Shown here in pieces: positions 1-9,570 of a stretch of DNA of 64,000 nucleotides. Source of the stretch: Alphaproteobacteria bacterium (lineage in GTDB: Bacteria; Pseudomonadota; Alphaproteobacteria; Bin95); assembly GCA_964291285.2 (NCBI GenBank), contig OZ219787.1:320001-384000 (forward strand), written 5' to 3'. The stretch's first letter is position 1, and the number at the start of each line of letters is the position of its first letter. The notes under the pieces were generated by a model. That model made no database searches. It saw only the letters and a list, made by a program, of their open reading frames with translations, and was not told the DNA's origin. A program made the position numbers and the translations under genes.

Positions 1-591
1 GACACCGGCCGGCTGGTGGACGAAAGCGGCGCGGCGTTCGCCGTGCTGCCGGCGGTGAAGGGCGAGGGCGACGCGGTCCTGCACCCCCTCCCGGAGGGAA
101 CCGCGCCGCCCCGCGTCGGGGCGAAGGTGCGGGCCGAGATCGACTGGGAGCGGCGCTACCGGCACATGCGGATGCACACCTGCCTGCACCTGCTCTCGGC
201 CGTGGTGACGGGGGGCGTCACCGGCGGCGCCGTCGGCGAGGCGAAGAGCCGGCTCGATTTCGACCTGCCGGACACGGCGCTCGACAAGGAGGCGCTCGAC
301 GAGGCGCTGAACGCGCTCATCGAGGCCGACCATGCCGTCGTCCCGCGCTGGATCGACGAGGCCGAGCTGGACGCCAACCCGGAACTGGTGCGCACCATGT
401 CGGTGCAGCCGCCGCGCGGGGCGGGCCGGGTGCGCGTGCTGGAGATCGGCGCCGGCGTGGACCTCCAGCCCTGCGGCGGCACCCATGTCGCGCGGACGGG
501 CGAGATCGGGCGGGTGCGAATCGGCAAGATCGAGAACAAGGGCCGGCGCAACCGGCGCATCAACGTCCATCTGGAGGCGGAGTCGCCATGA
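1..591 (+). CDS. alaX: Alanyl-tRNA editing protein AlaX (5' end lies outside the window)
   Basis: Frame open from base 1; Zn-binding editing motifs HMRMHTCLHLL and QPCGGTHV. Confidence 0.9.
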   Translation, partial: DTGRLVDESGAAFAVLPAVKGEGDAVLHPLPEGTAPPRVGAKVRAEIDWERRYRHMRMHTCLHLLSAVVTGGVTGGAVGEAKSRLDFDLPDTALDKEALDEALNALIEADHAVVPRWIDEAELDANPELVRTMSVQPPRGAGRVRVLEIGAGVDLQPCGGTHVARTGEIGRVRIGKIENKGRRNRRINVHLEAESP

Positions 592-1394
592 GCGCGCTGA
601 TTTCCACGGCGGACCTGGCCGCGCGGCTGGGCCGGGTCGTGCTGCTGGACGGCAGCCACCATCTGCCGGCCGCCGGGCGCGATGCGGGCGCGGAGTTCCT
701 GGAGGCGCACATTCCGGGCGCGCGCTTCTTCGACATAGACGGCGTGGCCGACAGGGCGAGCGACCTGCCGCACATGCTGCCCGGCGAGAAGGAATTCGCG
801 CTCGCCATGGGGGCGATGGGGATCGGGCGGGACGACGAGGTCGTGGTCTATGACACGGTCGGCACCACGGGCGCGGCGCGCGTCTGGTGGACCTTCCGGG
901 CCTTCGGCCACGGGCGGGTGCGCGTGCTCGACGGCGGCCTGCCGAAATGGCTTGCCGAGGGCCGGCCCGTCGAGGCGGGCTATGCGGCCGAGGCGCAGCC
1001 GGCGCTGGTACGCGCGCGGGAAGACATGCTGGCCAATATCGAAAGCCGCGCCGAACAGGTGCTGGACGCGCGCAGCGCCGGTCGTTTCGCCGGGACCGAG
1101 CCGGAGCCCAGGGCCGGCATGCGCAGCGGCCATATCCCCGGCAGCCTCAACCTGCCCTACACGGAGATTCTGGACCCGGCGAGCCGCACCTTCCGGGACA
1201 GGGCGGCGCTCCGGGCGGCGTTCGAGGCGGCGGGGCTCGACCTCGACAGGCCGGTGGCGACCACCTGCGGGTCGGGCGTCACCGCCGCCGTGCTGGCGCT
1301 CGGGCTTTACGAACTGGGACACACCGATGCGGCCGTCTATGACGGCTCGTGGAGCGAATGGGGATCGCGAGAGGACACGCCGGTAGAGACATGA
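588..1394 (+). CDS. sseA: 3-mercaptopyruvate/thiosulfate sulfurtransferase (tandem rhodanese)
   Basis: HIPGA motif, active-site TCGSGVTA, C-terminal YDGSWSEW; ATGA overlap with alaX. Confidence 0.92.
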   Translation: MSALISTADLAARLGRVVLLDGSHHLPAAGRDAGAEFLEAHIPGARFFDIDGVADRASDLPHMLPGEKEFALAMGAMGIGRDDEVVVYDTVGTTGAARVWWTFRAFGHGRVRVLDGGLPKWLAEGRPVEAGYAAEAQPALVRAREDMLANIESRAEQVLDARSAGRFAGTEPEPRAGMRSGHIPGSLNLPYTEILDPASRTFRDRAALRAAFEAAGLDLDRPVATTCGSGVTAAVLALGLYELGHTDAAVYDGSWSEWGSREDTPVET

Positions 1395-2566
1395 CAGAGG
1401 GAAAACGCCCGGACACGGTGCTCACCCATGCAGGGCGCCACCCGCACGACTATTTCGGCGTGGTCAACACGCCGGTCTTCCGCGCCTCGACGATCCTCTC
1501 CCGCACGGTCGCCGAGCGGCTCGCGCCCAAGGGCCCGCGCGACCCCGCCTACGGGCGGCGCGGCACGCCCACCATGTTCACCCTGGAGGACGCGGTGGCG
1601 GAGATCGAGGGCGCGGCCGGCGCGGTCATCTGCCCCTCCGGCATGGCGGCGGTCGCGCTCGGCTACTCCTCCATGCTGTCGGCCGGCGACCATGTGCTGG
1701 TGGCGGACTGCGTTTATGCCCCGGCGCGGCGCTACGCCGCCGAGGCGCTGCCGCGCCACGGCATCGGGGCGACCTTCTTCGACCCCGGCATCGGTGCCGG
1801 CATCGCGGAACTGATGCGCCCGGAGACGAAGCTGGTCTATCTGGAGGCGCCCGGCTCGCAGACCTTCGAGATGCAGGACGTACCGGCGATCGCGGAAGTG
1901 GCCCGTGCCCGCGGCGCGCGCGTCGCGATCGACAATACCTGGGCGACGCCGCTCTTCTTCAGGCCGTTCGAGCACGGCGCGGACCTCTCCATCCACGCCG
2001 CCACCAAATATATCGTCGGCCATTCGGACGCGATGCTGGGGGTCGTCACCTGCCGCGACGCCGAGACCCTGGAGGCGGTGCGCGCCTGGTGGAACATGAC
2101 CGGGCTCTGCGCCGGCCCGGACGACATCTATCTCGGCACGCGCGGCATCCGCACGATGAGCGTCCGGCTCGCCCGCCACCAGGAGAACGCGATGCGGGTC
2201 GCGACCTGGCTGCAGGGCCGGGCGGAGGTCGAGCGGGTGCTCTACCCGGCGCTGCCCGACGATCCCGGCCATGCGATCTGGAAGCGCGACTTCACCGGGG
2301 CGTCCGGCCTGTTCGGCCTGCTGTTGCACCCGGCGAGCGCAGAGGCGGTGGCGGCGATGCTGGACGGGCTGGAGCTGTTCGGCATGGGCTCCAGCTGGGG
2401 CGGCTTCGAGAGCCTGATCGTGCCGAGCGACCCTTCGGCCTGGCGCACGGCCACGGTCTGGAACCCCGCCGGCCCCCTGCTCCGCCTCCATATCGGCCTG
2501 GAGGACCCGGACGACCTGATCGCCGACCTCGAAGCCGGCTTCGCAAGGCTCCGCGCGGCGGGGTAG
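1391..2566 (+). CDS. metC: Cystathionine beta-lyase (PLP-dependent)
   Basis: VNTPVFRAST, YGRRGTPT, PLP lysine in AATKYIVGHSD, SWGGFESL; start placed at the ATGA overlap with sseA. Confidence 0.9.
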   Translation: MTEGKRPDTVLTHAGRHPHDYFGVVNTPVFRASTILSRTVAERLAPKGPRDPAYGRRGTPTMFTLEDAVAEIEGAAGAVICPSGMAAVALGYSSMLSAGDHVLVADCVYAPARRYAAEALPRHGIGATFFDPGIGAGIAELMRPETKLVYLEAPGSQTFEMQDVPAIAEVARARGARVAIDNTWATPLFFRPFEHGADLSIHAATKYIVGHSDAMLGVVTCRDAETLEAVRAWWNMTGLCAGPDDIYLGTRGIRTMSVRLARHQENAMRVATWLQGRAEVERVLYPALPDDPGHAIWKRDFTGASGLFGLLLHPASAEAVAAMLDGLELFGMGSSWGGFESLIVPSDPSAWRTATVWNPAGPLLRLHIGLEDPDDLIADLEAGFARLRAAG

Positions 2567-2575
2567 TCAGCCGCG

Positions 2576-3424
2576 TCAGGCGACGGGGGCGAGGCGGGTG
2601 ATGGCGGTGGTGTGGGTCTCGACGAAATAGAGCGTCCCGTCGGCCGCGCCGGCGACCCCGTGCGGCATGACCGCCACCGGTTTGCAGCTTCCGAAGATCG
2701 TCCCGTCGGAACCGAGCGCCGTCACGCGGGGTACCTGGTCCGAGACAAAGATCCGCTGCTCGCCGTCGATATGGATGTCCATCGGCTTGTAGAAGGGGCC
2801 GAAATCCGCGAGGTGGCCGCCGTCGGGCGAGAAGACCTGGACGCGGTTGTTCTCCCGGTCCCCGACCAGCACCCGCCCGTCGCCGAGCACGCCGATGCCG
2901 TGCGGCGTCGTGAACTCGCCGGGACCGCTGCCGCGTCCGCCCCAGCTCGCCAGATGCGCGCCGTCGGGTGCGAAGCGGTGGACCATGGTGTTGCCGTAGC
3001 CGTCGGAGACATAGAGGTCGCCGTCCGGCCCGACCGCGACATCGGTCGGGTGGTTGAAGGGCGCCTGGGTCCGGGGGCGGTGCCGCTCGCCGAGCGCCAG
3101 CAGCAGCTTGCCTTCGGCATCGAAGGCGAGCACCTGGTGCGCGTCCCGGTCCACGACCAGGATGCGCCCGTCCGGGGCCGCGGCGATGCCGTGCGGGTCG
3201 GCGATCTCGCCGTCGCCCCAGCTTCGCAGGAAGTTCCCCTCCGGGTCGAACACCAGGACCGGGGTCGAGCGCCGCTGGCAGACATAGAGGTTGCCGCCGG
3301 CATCGACCGCGCATTTGCTGATGATTCCGACCGGAATATGCTCCGGCCAGCGGCCCCAGGGCCTGTCGATCCGGTAGCGCTGCTCGCCCAGTACGGCGAA
3401 CAGTTCGCCGTTTCCCGTCTCCAT
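2576..3424 (-). CDS. NHL-repeat beta-propeller protein (peptidylglycine lyase-like)
   Basis: Repeated NHL motifs (PFNHPTDVAV..GDLYVSDGYGN, PGEFTTPHGI..DRENNRVQVF); GGAGG RBS before ATG 3424. Confidence 0.8.
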   Translation of the reverse strand: METGNGELFAVLGEQRYRIDRPWGRWPEHIPVGIISKCAVDAGGNLYVCQRRSTPVLVFDPEGNFLRSWGDGEIADPHGIAAAPDGRILVVDRDAHQVLAFDAEGKLLLALGERHRPRTQAPFNHPTDVAVGPDGDLYVSDGYGNTMVHRFAPDGAHLASWGGRGSGPGEFTTPHGIGVLGDGRVLVGDRENNRVQVFSPDGGHLADFGPFYKPMDIHIDGEQRIFVSDQVPRVTALGSDGTIFGSCKPVAVMPHGVAGAADGTLYFVETHTTAITRLAPVA

Positions 3425-3456
3425 CTCCACCTCCTCGCCGCCGGGGGCCCGGCCCT

Positions 3457-3924
3457 TCAGGCCCCGGGCCGCGCCGGACCTGTCCAGTTCCGGCGGATCG
3501 CCTCGCATTCCGCCGTGCGCACGCCGGTGACGATCTCCACAGACCGCCCGGTCAGCTCCAGCAGCGTCTCGACACTGTAGCGGCCGTAGTTCGTGCGGCG
3601 CATCTCCGCATGGCGTGCGCCCAGCACCAGCCGGGCGACGCGCGCTTCCTGCAGCGCCCAGCAGCACATCGGGCAGGGCTCCATCGTGGTGTAGCAGGCG
3701 GCGCCCGAAAGGTCCGGGCTGTCGAGGTTGCGGCAGGCGTCCCTGAGCGCGTCCACTTCGGCATGGCAGGTCGGGTCGCGGTCCGAGGCGACGCGGTTGC
3801 GGCCGCGCCCGATGACCTCGCCGCCGCGCACGATGACGGAGCCGACCGGGACATTACCCTCCGCCTGTCCCCGCTCCGCTTCCTCGAGCGCGAGGCCCAT
3901 GAAACGATCGTGGTCTTCCGGCAT
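3457..3924 (-). CDS. Nucleoside/guanine deaminase (TadA-like Zn deaminase)
   Basis: HAE and PCPMC zinc motifs. Confidence 0.85.
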   Translation of the reverse strand: MPEDHDRFMGLALEEAERGQAEGNVPVGSVIVRGGEVIGRGRNRVASDRDPTCHAEVDALRDACRNLDSPDLSGAACYTTMEPCPMCCWALQEARVARLVLGARHAEMRRTNYGRYSVETLLELTGRSVEIVTGVRTAECEAIRRNWTGPARPGA

Positions 3925-3967
3925 GGCGAAGCTCCTCCTTTCTGCGCCGCCGGACCCGTGCCGCCCG

Positions 3968-5941
3968 TCACTCGAAATAGAGGATCGGCTGGTCGGCGGC
4001 GAGATTGTCGCCGGCTGCGGTCGGGATGGATTTGATCCGCCCCGGCCGCTCGGCGCGCAGCACGTTCTCCATCTTCATCGCCTCGACCGTGGCGAGCGCC
4101 TGCCCGGCCTCCACCTCGTCGCCTTCCGCGACCGCCAGCGAGACCAGCAGGCCCGGCATCGGCGAAAGCAGCACCTTCGAGGTGTCCGGCGGCGCCTTCT
4201 TCGGCATGAGGCGCGCGAATTCCGCGACGCGCGGCGGCACCGCCCGCACCTTCGCCTGCGCGCCCCGGTAGGACAACAGCCAGCCGGCGCCGTCTTCCTC
4301 GACCCGCACCGCAACCGCCTCGCCGTCGAACCGCCCCTCGAAATGCGTCCCGCCGGGCGGGCGCGCGCCTTCCAGCCTTGCTGCCGCGCCGTCGATCTCC
4401 AGCCTGAGGCCCTCCCCGTCCGGCTCCGCCGCTACCGTGGCCGCATCGTCCCCGGACAGGACGGCCCAGTCGCGCCGTGCCGCGCCGCCCGAGGCCGCCG
4501 CCTCGCTTTGCGCGAGCGCCGCGGCCACGGCCGCAAACAATCGGCGGTGCGCCCCGGCACCCCCGGCCGGGTCGTAGCCCTCCGGGAACTCCTCGTCGAT
4601 GAAGGCGGTGCTGAGCCGGCCCTCGGCAAAGCGCGGGCGGTCGGCAATCGCGGCGAGGAAGTCGATATTGTGCCCGACGCCGGCGATGGCGAAGCGGCCG
4701 AGCGCGCCCGCGAGCCTTGCGCGCGCCTCCTCCCGCGTCGCCCCGTGGGCGGCGAGCTTGGCGATCATCGGGTCGTAGAACATGGTGATCTCGGAGCCCT
4801 CGACCACGCCCGTGTCGATGCGCACGCCGCCCTCTTCCGCCGGCGGGCGGAAAGTCTCCAGCCGCCCGATGGAGGGCGCGAAATTGCGCTCCGGCCGCTC
4901 CGCATAGACCCGCGCCTCGATGGCCCAGCCGTCCAGGCGGACATCCTGCTGGCCGAAGGCGAGCGGCTCGCCCGCCGCCACGCGCAGCATCTGCTCCACG
5001 AGGTCCAGCCCGGTGACCATTTCCGTCACCGGATGTTCCACCTGGAGGCGGGTGTTCATCTCCAGGAAGTAGAAATTGCGCTCACGGTCCACGATGAACT
5101 CGACGGTGCCGGCCGAGCGGTAGTCGACGGCGCGGGCGAGCGCCACGGCGCGGGCGCCCATTTCCGCGCGGAGCGCCTCGTCGACGAACGGGCTCGGGCA
5201 TTCCTCGACCACCTTCTGGTGGCGGCGCTGGATCGAGCATTCGCGCTCGCCGAGATGCACGGCGTTGCCATGCGCGTCGGCCAGCACCTGGATCTCGATA
5301 TGGCGCGGCTCCTCGACATATTTCTCGACGAAGACGCGGCCGTCCCCGAAGGCGCTTACGGCCTCGTTCACGGTCGAGCCGAAGACCTGCCGGAGCTCGT
5401 CGTCGGAGCCGGCGATGCGCATGCCCTTGCCGCCGCCGCCCGCGGACGCCTTGACCATGACCGGGTAGCCGATCCGGCGCGCGCTGGCGACGGCCCCCTC
5501 GGCGTCCGCGATCTCTCCGGCGTCGCCGGGCACGACGGGCACGCCCGCCCGCTCCGCAAGCCGCTTGCTCTCGATCTTGTCGCCCATGGCGGCGATGGCG
5601 GCCGCGCCGGGCCCGATGAACACCAGCCCCGCCGCTTCGACGGCCTCGACGAAGCCCGCATTCTCGGAGAGGAAGCCGAAGCCCGGATGGATGGCCTCCG
5701 CGCCCGTCTCGAGCGCCGCGCGGACGATGCGCTCGCCGTCCAGATAGCTTTCCGACGGCGCGGAGCCGCCGATGGCGACCGCCTCGTCGGCCATGCGCAC
5801 ATGCAGGGCATCGGCGTCGGCCTCGGAATAGACGGCCACCGTGGCCGTGCCGAGGCGCCGGGCGGTGCGTGCGATCCGGCAGGCGATCTCGCCGCGGTTG
5901 GCGATCAGGATCCGGCCGAACGGAGGCGCCCCGGCGGTCAC
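3968..5941 (-). CDS. pccA: Propionyl/acyl-CoA carboxylase alpha subunit (biotin carboxylase plus biotinyl domain)
   Basis: IANRGEIA, GGGGKGMR, RECSIQRRHQK, EMNTRLQVEHPVTE, C-terminal EAMKM. Confidence 0.85.
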   Translation of the reverse strand: MTAGAPPFGRILIANRGEIACRIARTARRLGTATVAVYSEADADALHVRMADEAVAIGGSAPSESYLDGERIVRAALETGAEAIHPGFGFLSENAGFVEAVEAAGLVFIGPGAAAIAAMGDKIESKRLAERAGVPVVPGDAGEIADAEGAVASARRIGYPVMVKASAGGGGKGMRIAGSDDELRQVFGSTVNEAVSAFGDGRVFVEKYVEEPRHIEIQVLADAHGNAVHLGERECSIQRRHQKVVEECPSPFVDEALRAEMGARAVALARAVDYRSAGTVEFIVDRERNFYFLEMNTRLQVEHPVTEMVTGLDLVEQMLRVAAGEPLAFGQQDVRLDGWAIEARVYAERPERNFAPSIGRLETFRPPAEEGGVRIDTGVVEGSEITMFYDPMIAKLAAHGATREEARARLAGALGRFAIAGVGHNIDFLAAIADRPRFAEGRLSTAFIDEEFPEGYDPAGGAGAHRRLFAAVAAALAQSEAAASGGAARRDWAVLSGDDAATVAAEPDGEGLRLEIDGAAARLEGARPPGGTHFEGRFDGEAVAVRVEEDGAGWLLSYRGAQAKVRAVPPRVAEFARLMPKKAPPDTSKVLLSPMPGLLVSLAVAEGDEVEAGQALATVEAMKMENVLRAERPGRIKSIPTAAGDNLAADQPILYFE

Positions 5942-5954
5942 GGGCTCTGCCGCC

Positions 5955-6176
5955 TCAGGCCTCGACGACGGCGACTTCCTGGCCTTCCTCGACCGCCTCG
6001 CCTTCCTCGACCAGAATTTCGGCGACCCGGCCCGCTTGAGGCGCGCCCACCGGAATCTCCATCTTCATCGACTCCAGTATGACCACCGGATCGTCCTCCG
6101 CCACCTCGTCGCCGACCTCGACCTCGATCTTGAACACCGTCCCCGGTATCTCGGACAGCACAGGCACCGCCGCCAT
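5955..6176 (-). CDS. Stand-alone biotin carboxyl carrier protein (73 aa)
   Basis: ESMKMEIPV biotinylation motif; ATG at 6176 is in frame with the ORF-track entry 5955..6710. Confidence 0.85.
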   Translation of the reverse strand: MAAVPVLSEIPGTVFKIEVEVGDEVAEDDPVVILESMKMEIPVGAPQAGRVAEILVEEGEAVEEGQEVAVVEA

Positions 6177-6189
6177 GAACCCCACCCCC

Positions 6190-6750
6190 TCAGTCTCGCC
6201 CCTCCCTGTTAGGCGGAAGGGCGGAAAAGCGCAAGAAGGCGAGCGCCGTGCGGCCGTAGCGGCGGCGGTCGATGAGGCCGGGCAGGTCGGGCGCATCGTC
6301 ATGCGCGCTCTCGACGACGACCAGCGCGCCGGGCCGGAGCCAGCCCTCGCGGCCGAGCGCGGCGAGCGCCGGCGCGGCCAGCCCGGAGCGCCAGGGCGGG
6401 TCCAGCCAGGCGATATCGTGGGCCGCGGGCGCGGGCCCCGGTGAGGCGGCGTCGCGGGCGTGGATCGTGCCGGCATCGCCGACATTGCCGCGGAGCAGGG
6501 CGAGCGCCGCAGGATCGCTCTCGATGAAGGACGCCCGCGCCGCGCCGCGCGAAAGCGCCTCCAGCCCGACCGCGCCCGTGCCGGCGAAGACATCGAGGAA
6601 GGCCGCGCCTTCGAGCGGCGGGTCGAGCCCGGCATGGACCAGCCGGTTGAACGCCGCCTCGCGCACCCGCTCGGCCGTCGGGCGCACGGAGCGGTCCGCC
6701 GGCACGGCAAGCCGCCGCCCGCGCCAGCGCCCGCCGGTAATGCGGATCAC
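6190..6750 (-). CDS. rsmD: 16S rRNA m2G966 methyltransferase
   Basis: RITGGRWRGRRL, RPT..RVREA, DVFAGTG, LDPPW. Confidence 0.88.
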   Translation of the reverse strand: MIRITGGRWRGRRLAVPADRSVRPTAERVREAAFNRLVHAGLDPPLEGAAFLDVFAGTGAVGLEALSRGAARASFIESDPAALALLRGNVGDAGTIHARDAASPGPAPAAHDIAWLDPPWRSGLAAPALAALGREGWLRPGALVVVESAHDDAPDLPGLIDRRRYGRTALAFLRFSALPPNREGRD

Positions 6751-6888
6751 GGCGCGGTTCGAACCATGCGGACGGCTCGCCTCCTCAATTGCCGGGCGGG
6801 CCCCGATAACCTAGACTGAAAACAGCTATTCGGGCGGTTGCCGACACTCGGGGTTGCGCGCCGCCCGGTTTTCTCAAGGGAGAACGCT

Positions 6889-8067
6889 ATGCGAAAGATC
6901 CTCATTGCATTTGCAGCCCTGTTCGCAATGGCATCGGCGGAAGCCGCCGAAGTCAAGATCGGCGTGATGATGGGCTTTACCGGGCCGATCGAATCGCTGA
7001 CGCCGGACATGGCGGCCGGCGCGGAACTCGCGATCAGCGAAGTCAATGACAGCAAGGGCCTGCTCGGCGGCGCGGCCGTGACGCCGGTGCGCGGCGACAC
7101 GACCTGCATCGATTCCGCGGCGGCAAGCGCGGCGGCGGAGCGGCTGATCACCGCCGACCGGGTGAACGCCATCGTCGGCGGCGACTGCTCGGGCGTGACC
7201 ACGGCCATGCTGCAGAATGTGGCCATGCCGAACGGCACCGTCATGATCTCGCCGTCGGCCACCTCGCCGGCGCTCTCCACGCTGGAGGACAACGGCCTGT
7301 TCTTCCGCACCGCGCCCTCCGACGCCCGCCAGGGGCAGGTGATTTCCGAGGTGCTGAAGGAGCGGGGTGTGGGGACCATCGCCATCACCTATACCAACAA
7401 CGACTACGGCAAGGGCCTCGCCGACAGCATCGCCACCAATTTCAAGGCGATGGGCGGCACGGTGACCATCGAGGCCGCGCACGAGGACGGCAAGGGCGAC
7501 TATGCGGCCGAAGTCGCCGCGCTCGCGGCCGCCGGCGGGGACGTGCTCGTGGTCGCAGGCTATCTCGACCAGGGCGGCAAGGGCATCATCCAGGGCGCGC
7601 TCGATACCGGCGCGTTCGAGACCTTCGTGCTGCCCGACGGCATGGTCGGCGACAGCCTGGTCGAGGCCATCGGGGCGGACCTCAACGGCTCCTTCGGAAC
7701 GGTGCCGGGCACGGACAGCACCGGGGCCGCGACCTTCGCCGAGATGGCGGGCGCCGCGGGCTTCAAGGCCGGCCCGTTCACGGGCGAGGCCTATGACGCC
7801 GCCGCCCTCATCATGCTGGCCATGCAGGCCGCCGGCTCCGCCGACAGCGGCAAGCTGAAGGGCCATGTGATGGCGGTCGCCAACGCGCCCGGAGAGAAGA
7901 TCCATCCGGGCGAGCTCGGCAAGGCGCTCGAAATCATCGCCGGCGGCGGCGACGTGGACTATGTCGGCGCGTCTGCGGTCGAGCTGATCGGCCAGGGCGA
8001 GAGCGCGGGCAACTACCGCGAGATCGCGGTCGAGGACGGCAAGATCACCACCGTCCGGTACCGCTGA
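6889..8067 (+). CDS. ABC transporter substrate-binding protein (Liv/branched-chain amino acid type)
   Basis: Signal peptide MRKILIAFAALFAMASAEA; FFRTAPSD and NNDYGKG periplasmic-binding motifs. Confidence 0.88.
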   Translation: MRKILIAFAALFAMASAEAAEVKIGVMMGFTGPIESLTPDMAAGAELAISEVNDSKGLLGGAAVTPVRGDTTCIDSAAASAAAERLITADRVNAIVGGDCSGVTTAMLQNVAMPNGTVMISPSATSPALSTLEDNGLFFRTAPSDARQGQVISEVLKERGVGTIAITYTNNDYGKGLADSIATNFKAMGGTVTIEAAHEDGKGDYAAEVAALAAAGGDVLVVAGYLDQGGKGIIQGALDTGAFETFVLPDGMVGDSLVEAIGADLNGSFGTVPGTDSTGAATFAEMAGAAGFKAGPFTGEAYDAAALIMLAMQAAGSADSGKLKGHVMAVANAPGEKIHPGELGKALEIIAGGGDVDYVGASAVELIGQGESAGNYREIAVEDGKITTVRYR

Positions 8068-8092
8068 CGGCAAAGCGGGCGGCGCGGGCGCG

Positions 8093-8866
8093 GTGATCCG
8101 CGTCGCCGGGGTCTCCAAGCGCTTCGGCGGCGTCGCGGCCGTGGACGGCGCAACCCTGGAGATCGCCGAGGGCTCGATCACCGGGCTGATCGGCCCGAAC
8201 GGCGCGGGCAAGACCACGCTGTTCAACCTGATCGCGGGCGTGCTCGCGCCCGATTCGGGGCGCATTTTCCTCGGCGCGGAGGACGTGACCGGCCTCAAGC
8301 CGCACCGGCTTTTCCACCGGGGCCTGCTGCGGACCTTCCAGATCGCGCACGAGTTCTCCACGCTCACGCTCCGCGAGAACCTGATGACCGTGCCCGCGCA
8401 CCAGACCGGGGAGAGCCTTCTGGGAGCCTGGCTGCAACCCGGCGCGGTTCGCGAGGAGGAGCGCGCGAACCGGGAGAAGGCCGACGAAGTGATTGACTTC
8501 CTCGGCCTCGGCCCTGTCGCCGACGAGCGGGCCGGCAACCTCTCGGGCGGCCAGAAGAAGCTGCTGGAGCTCGGGCGGACGATGATGGCCGATGCCCGCA
8601 TCGTGCTGCTGGACGAGGTCGGCGCCGGCGTCAACCGCACCCTGCTGCGCCGGATTACCGAGTCCATCCTCCGCCTGAACCTGGAGCGCGGCTACACCTT
8701 CTGCATGATCGAGCACGACATGGAGTTCATCTCGCGGCTCTGCGACCCGGTGATCGTGATGGTGGAAGGCCGGGTGCTGACCCAGGGGCCGGCCGACCGG
8801 ATCATGGCGGATGAAGCGGTGATCGAGGCCTATCTCGGCCGGGGCGCGGCGGCGGACCGGACATGA
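8093..8866 (+). CDS. ABC transporter ATP-binding protein (LivG-like)
   Basis: GPNGAGKTT, LSGGQKKLLELGR, IEHDM, EAYLG. Confidence 0.9.
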   Translation: MIRVAGVSKRFGGVAAVDGATLEIAEGSITGLIGPNGAGKTTLFNLIAGVLAPDSGRIFLGAEDVTGLKPHRLFHRGLLRTFQIAHEFSTLTLRENLMTVPAHQTGESLLGAWLQPGAVREEERANREKADEVIDFLGLGPVADERAGNLSGGQKKLLELGRTMMADARIVLLDEVGAGVNRTLLRRITESILRLNLERGYTFCMIEHDMEFISRLCDPVIVMVEGRVLTQGPADRIMADEAVIEAYLGRGAAADRT

Positions 8867-9567
8867 CCTTCCTCGAGGGCGAGGCCATGACCGGCGGCTA
8901 TGGCGGGGCCGACATCATCCGCGGCTGCGCCATCGCCGTGGAGCGCGGCGAGATCGCCGTCATCGTCGGCCCGAACGGGGCGGGCAAGTCCACGGCCATG
9001 AAGGCGCTGCTCGGCATGGTGCGGCTCCGCTCCGGCACGGTGCGGCTCGGCGGCGAGGACATCACCGGCCTCTCGCCCCAGGACAGGGTCGGGCGCGGCA
9101 TGGCCTTCGTGCCGCAGACCGACAATGTGTTCGCAACCCTGACGGTGCGCGAAAACCTTGAGATGGGTGCGTTCCTCCGGCGCGAGGGCGTCGGGGAAAC
9201 CATGGAACGGGTCTTCGACCTCTTCCCGGCCGTCCGGGAGAACCGGGACCGGCCGGCGGGCGAGCTCTCGGGCGGCCAGCGCCAGCAGGTCGCTGTCGGC
9301 CGCGCGCTGATGACCGAGCCCGCGGTGCTGATGCTGGACGAGCCGACGGCCGGCGTTTCGCCCATCGTGATGGACGACCTGTTCCAGCGCATGCTGGAGA
9401 TCCGCGGCGCCGGCATCGCGATCCTGATGGCGGAACAGAACGCCCGCCAGGCGCTCGCCATCGCCGACCGGGGCTATGTGCTCGTCACCGGCGAGAACCG
9501 CTTCACCGATACGGGCGCGGCGCTCCTCGCCGATCCGGAAGTGCGCCGGTCCTTTCTCGGAGGCTGA
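8863..9567 (+). CDS. ABC transporter ATP-binding protein (LivF-like)
   Basis: GPNGAGKST, LSGGQRQ, LDEP, EQNA. Confidence 0.9.
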   Translation: MTFLEGEAMTGGYGGADIIRGCAIAVERGEIAVIVGPNGAGKSTAMKALLGMVRLRSGTVRLGGEDITGLSPQDRVGRGMAFVPQTDNVFATLTVRENLEMGAFLRREGVGETMERVFDLFPAVRENRDRPAGELSGGQRQQVAVGRALMTEPAVLMLDEPTAGVSPIVMDDLFQRMLEIRGAGIAILMAEQNARQALAIADRGYVLVTGENRFTDTGAALLADPEVRRSFLGG

Positions 9568-9570
9568 GGG

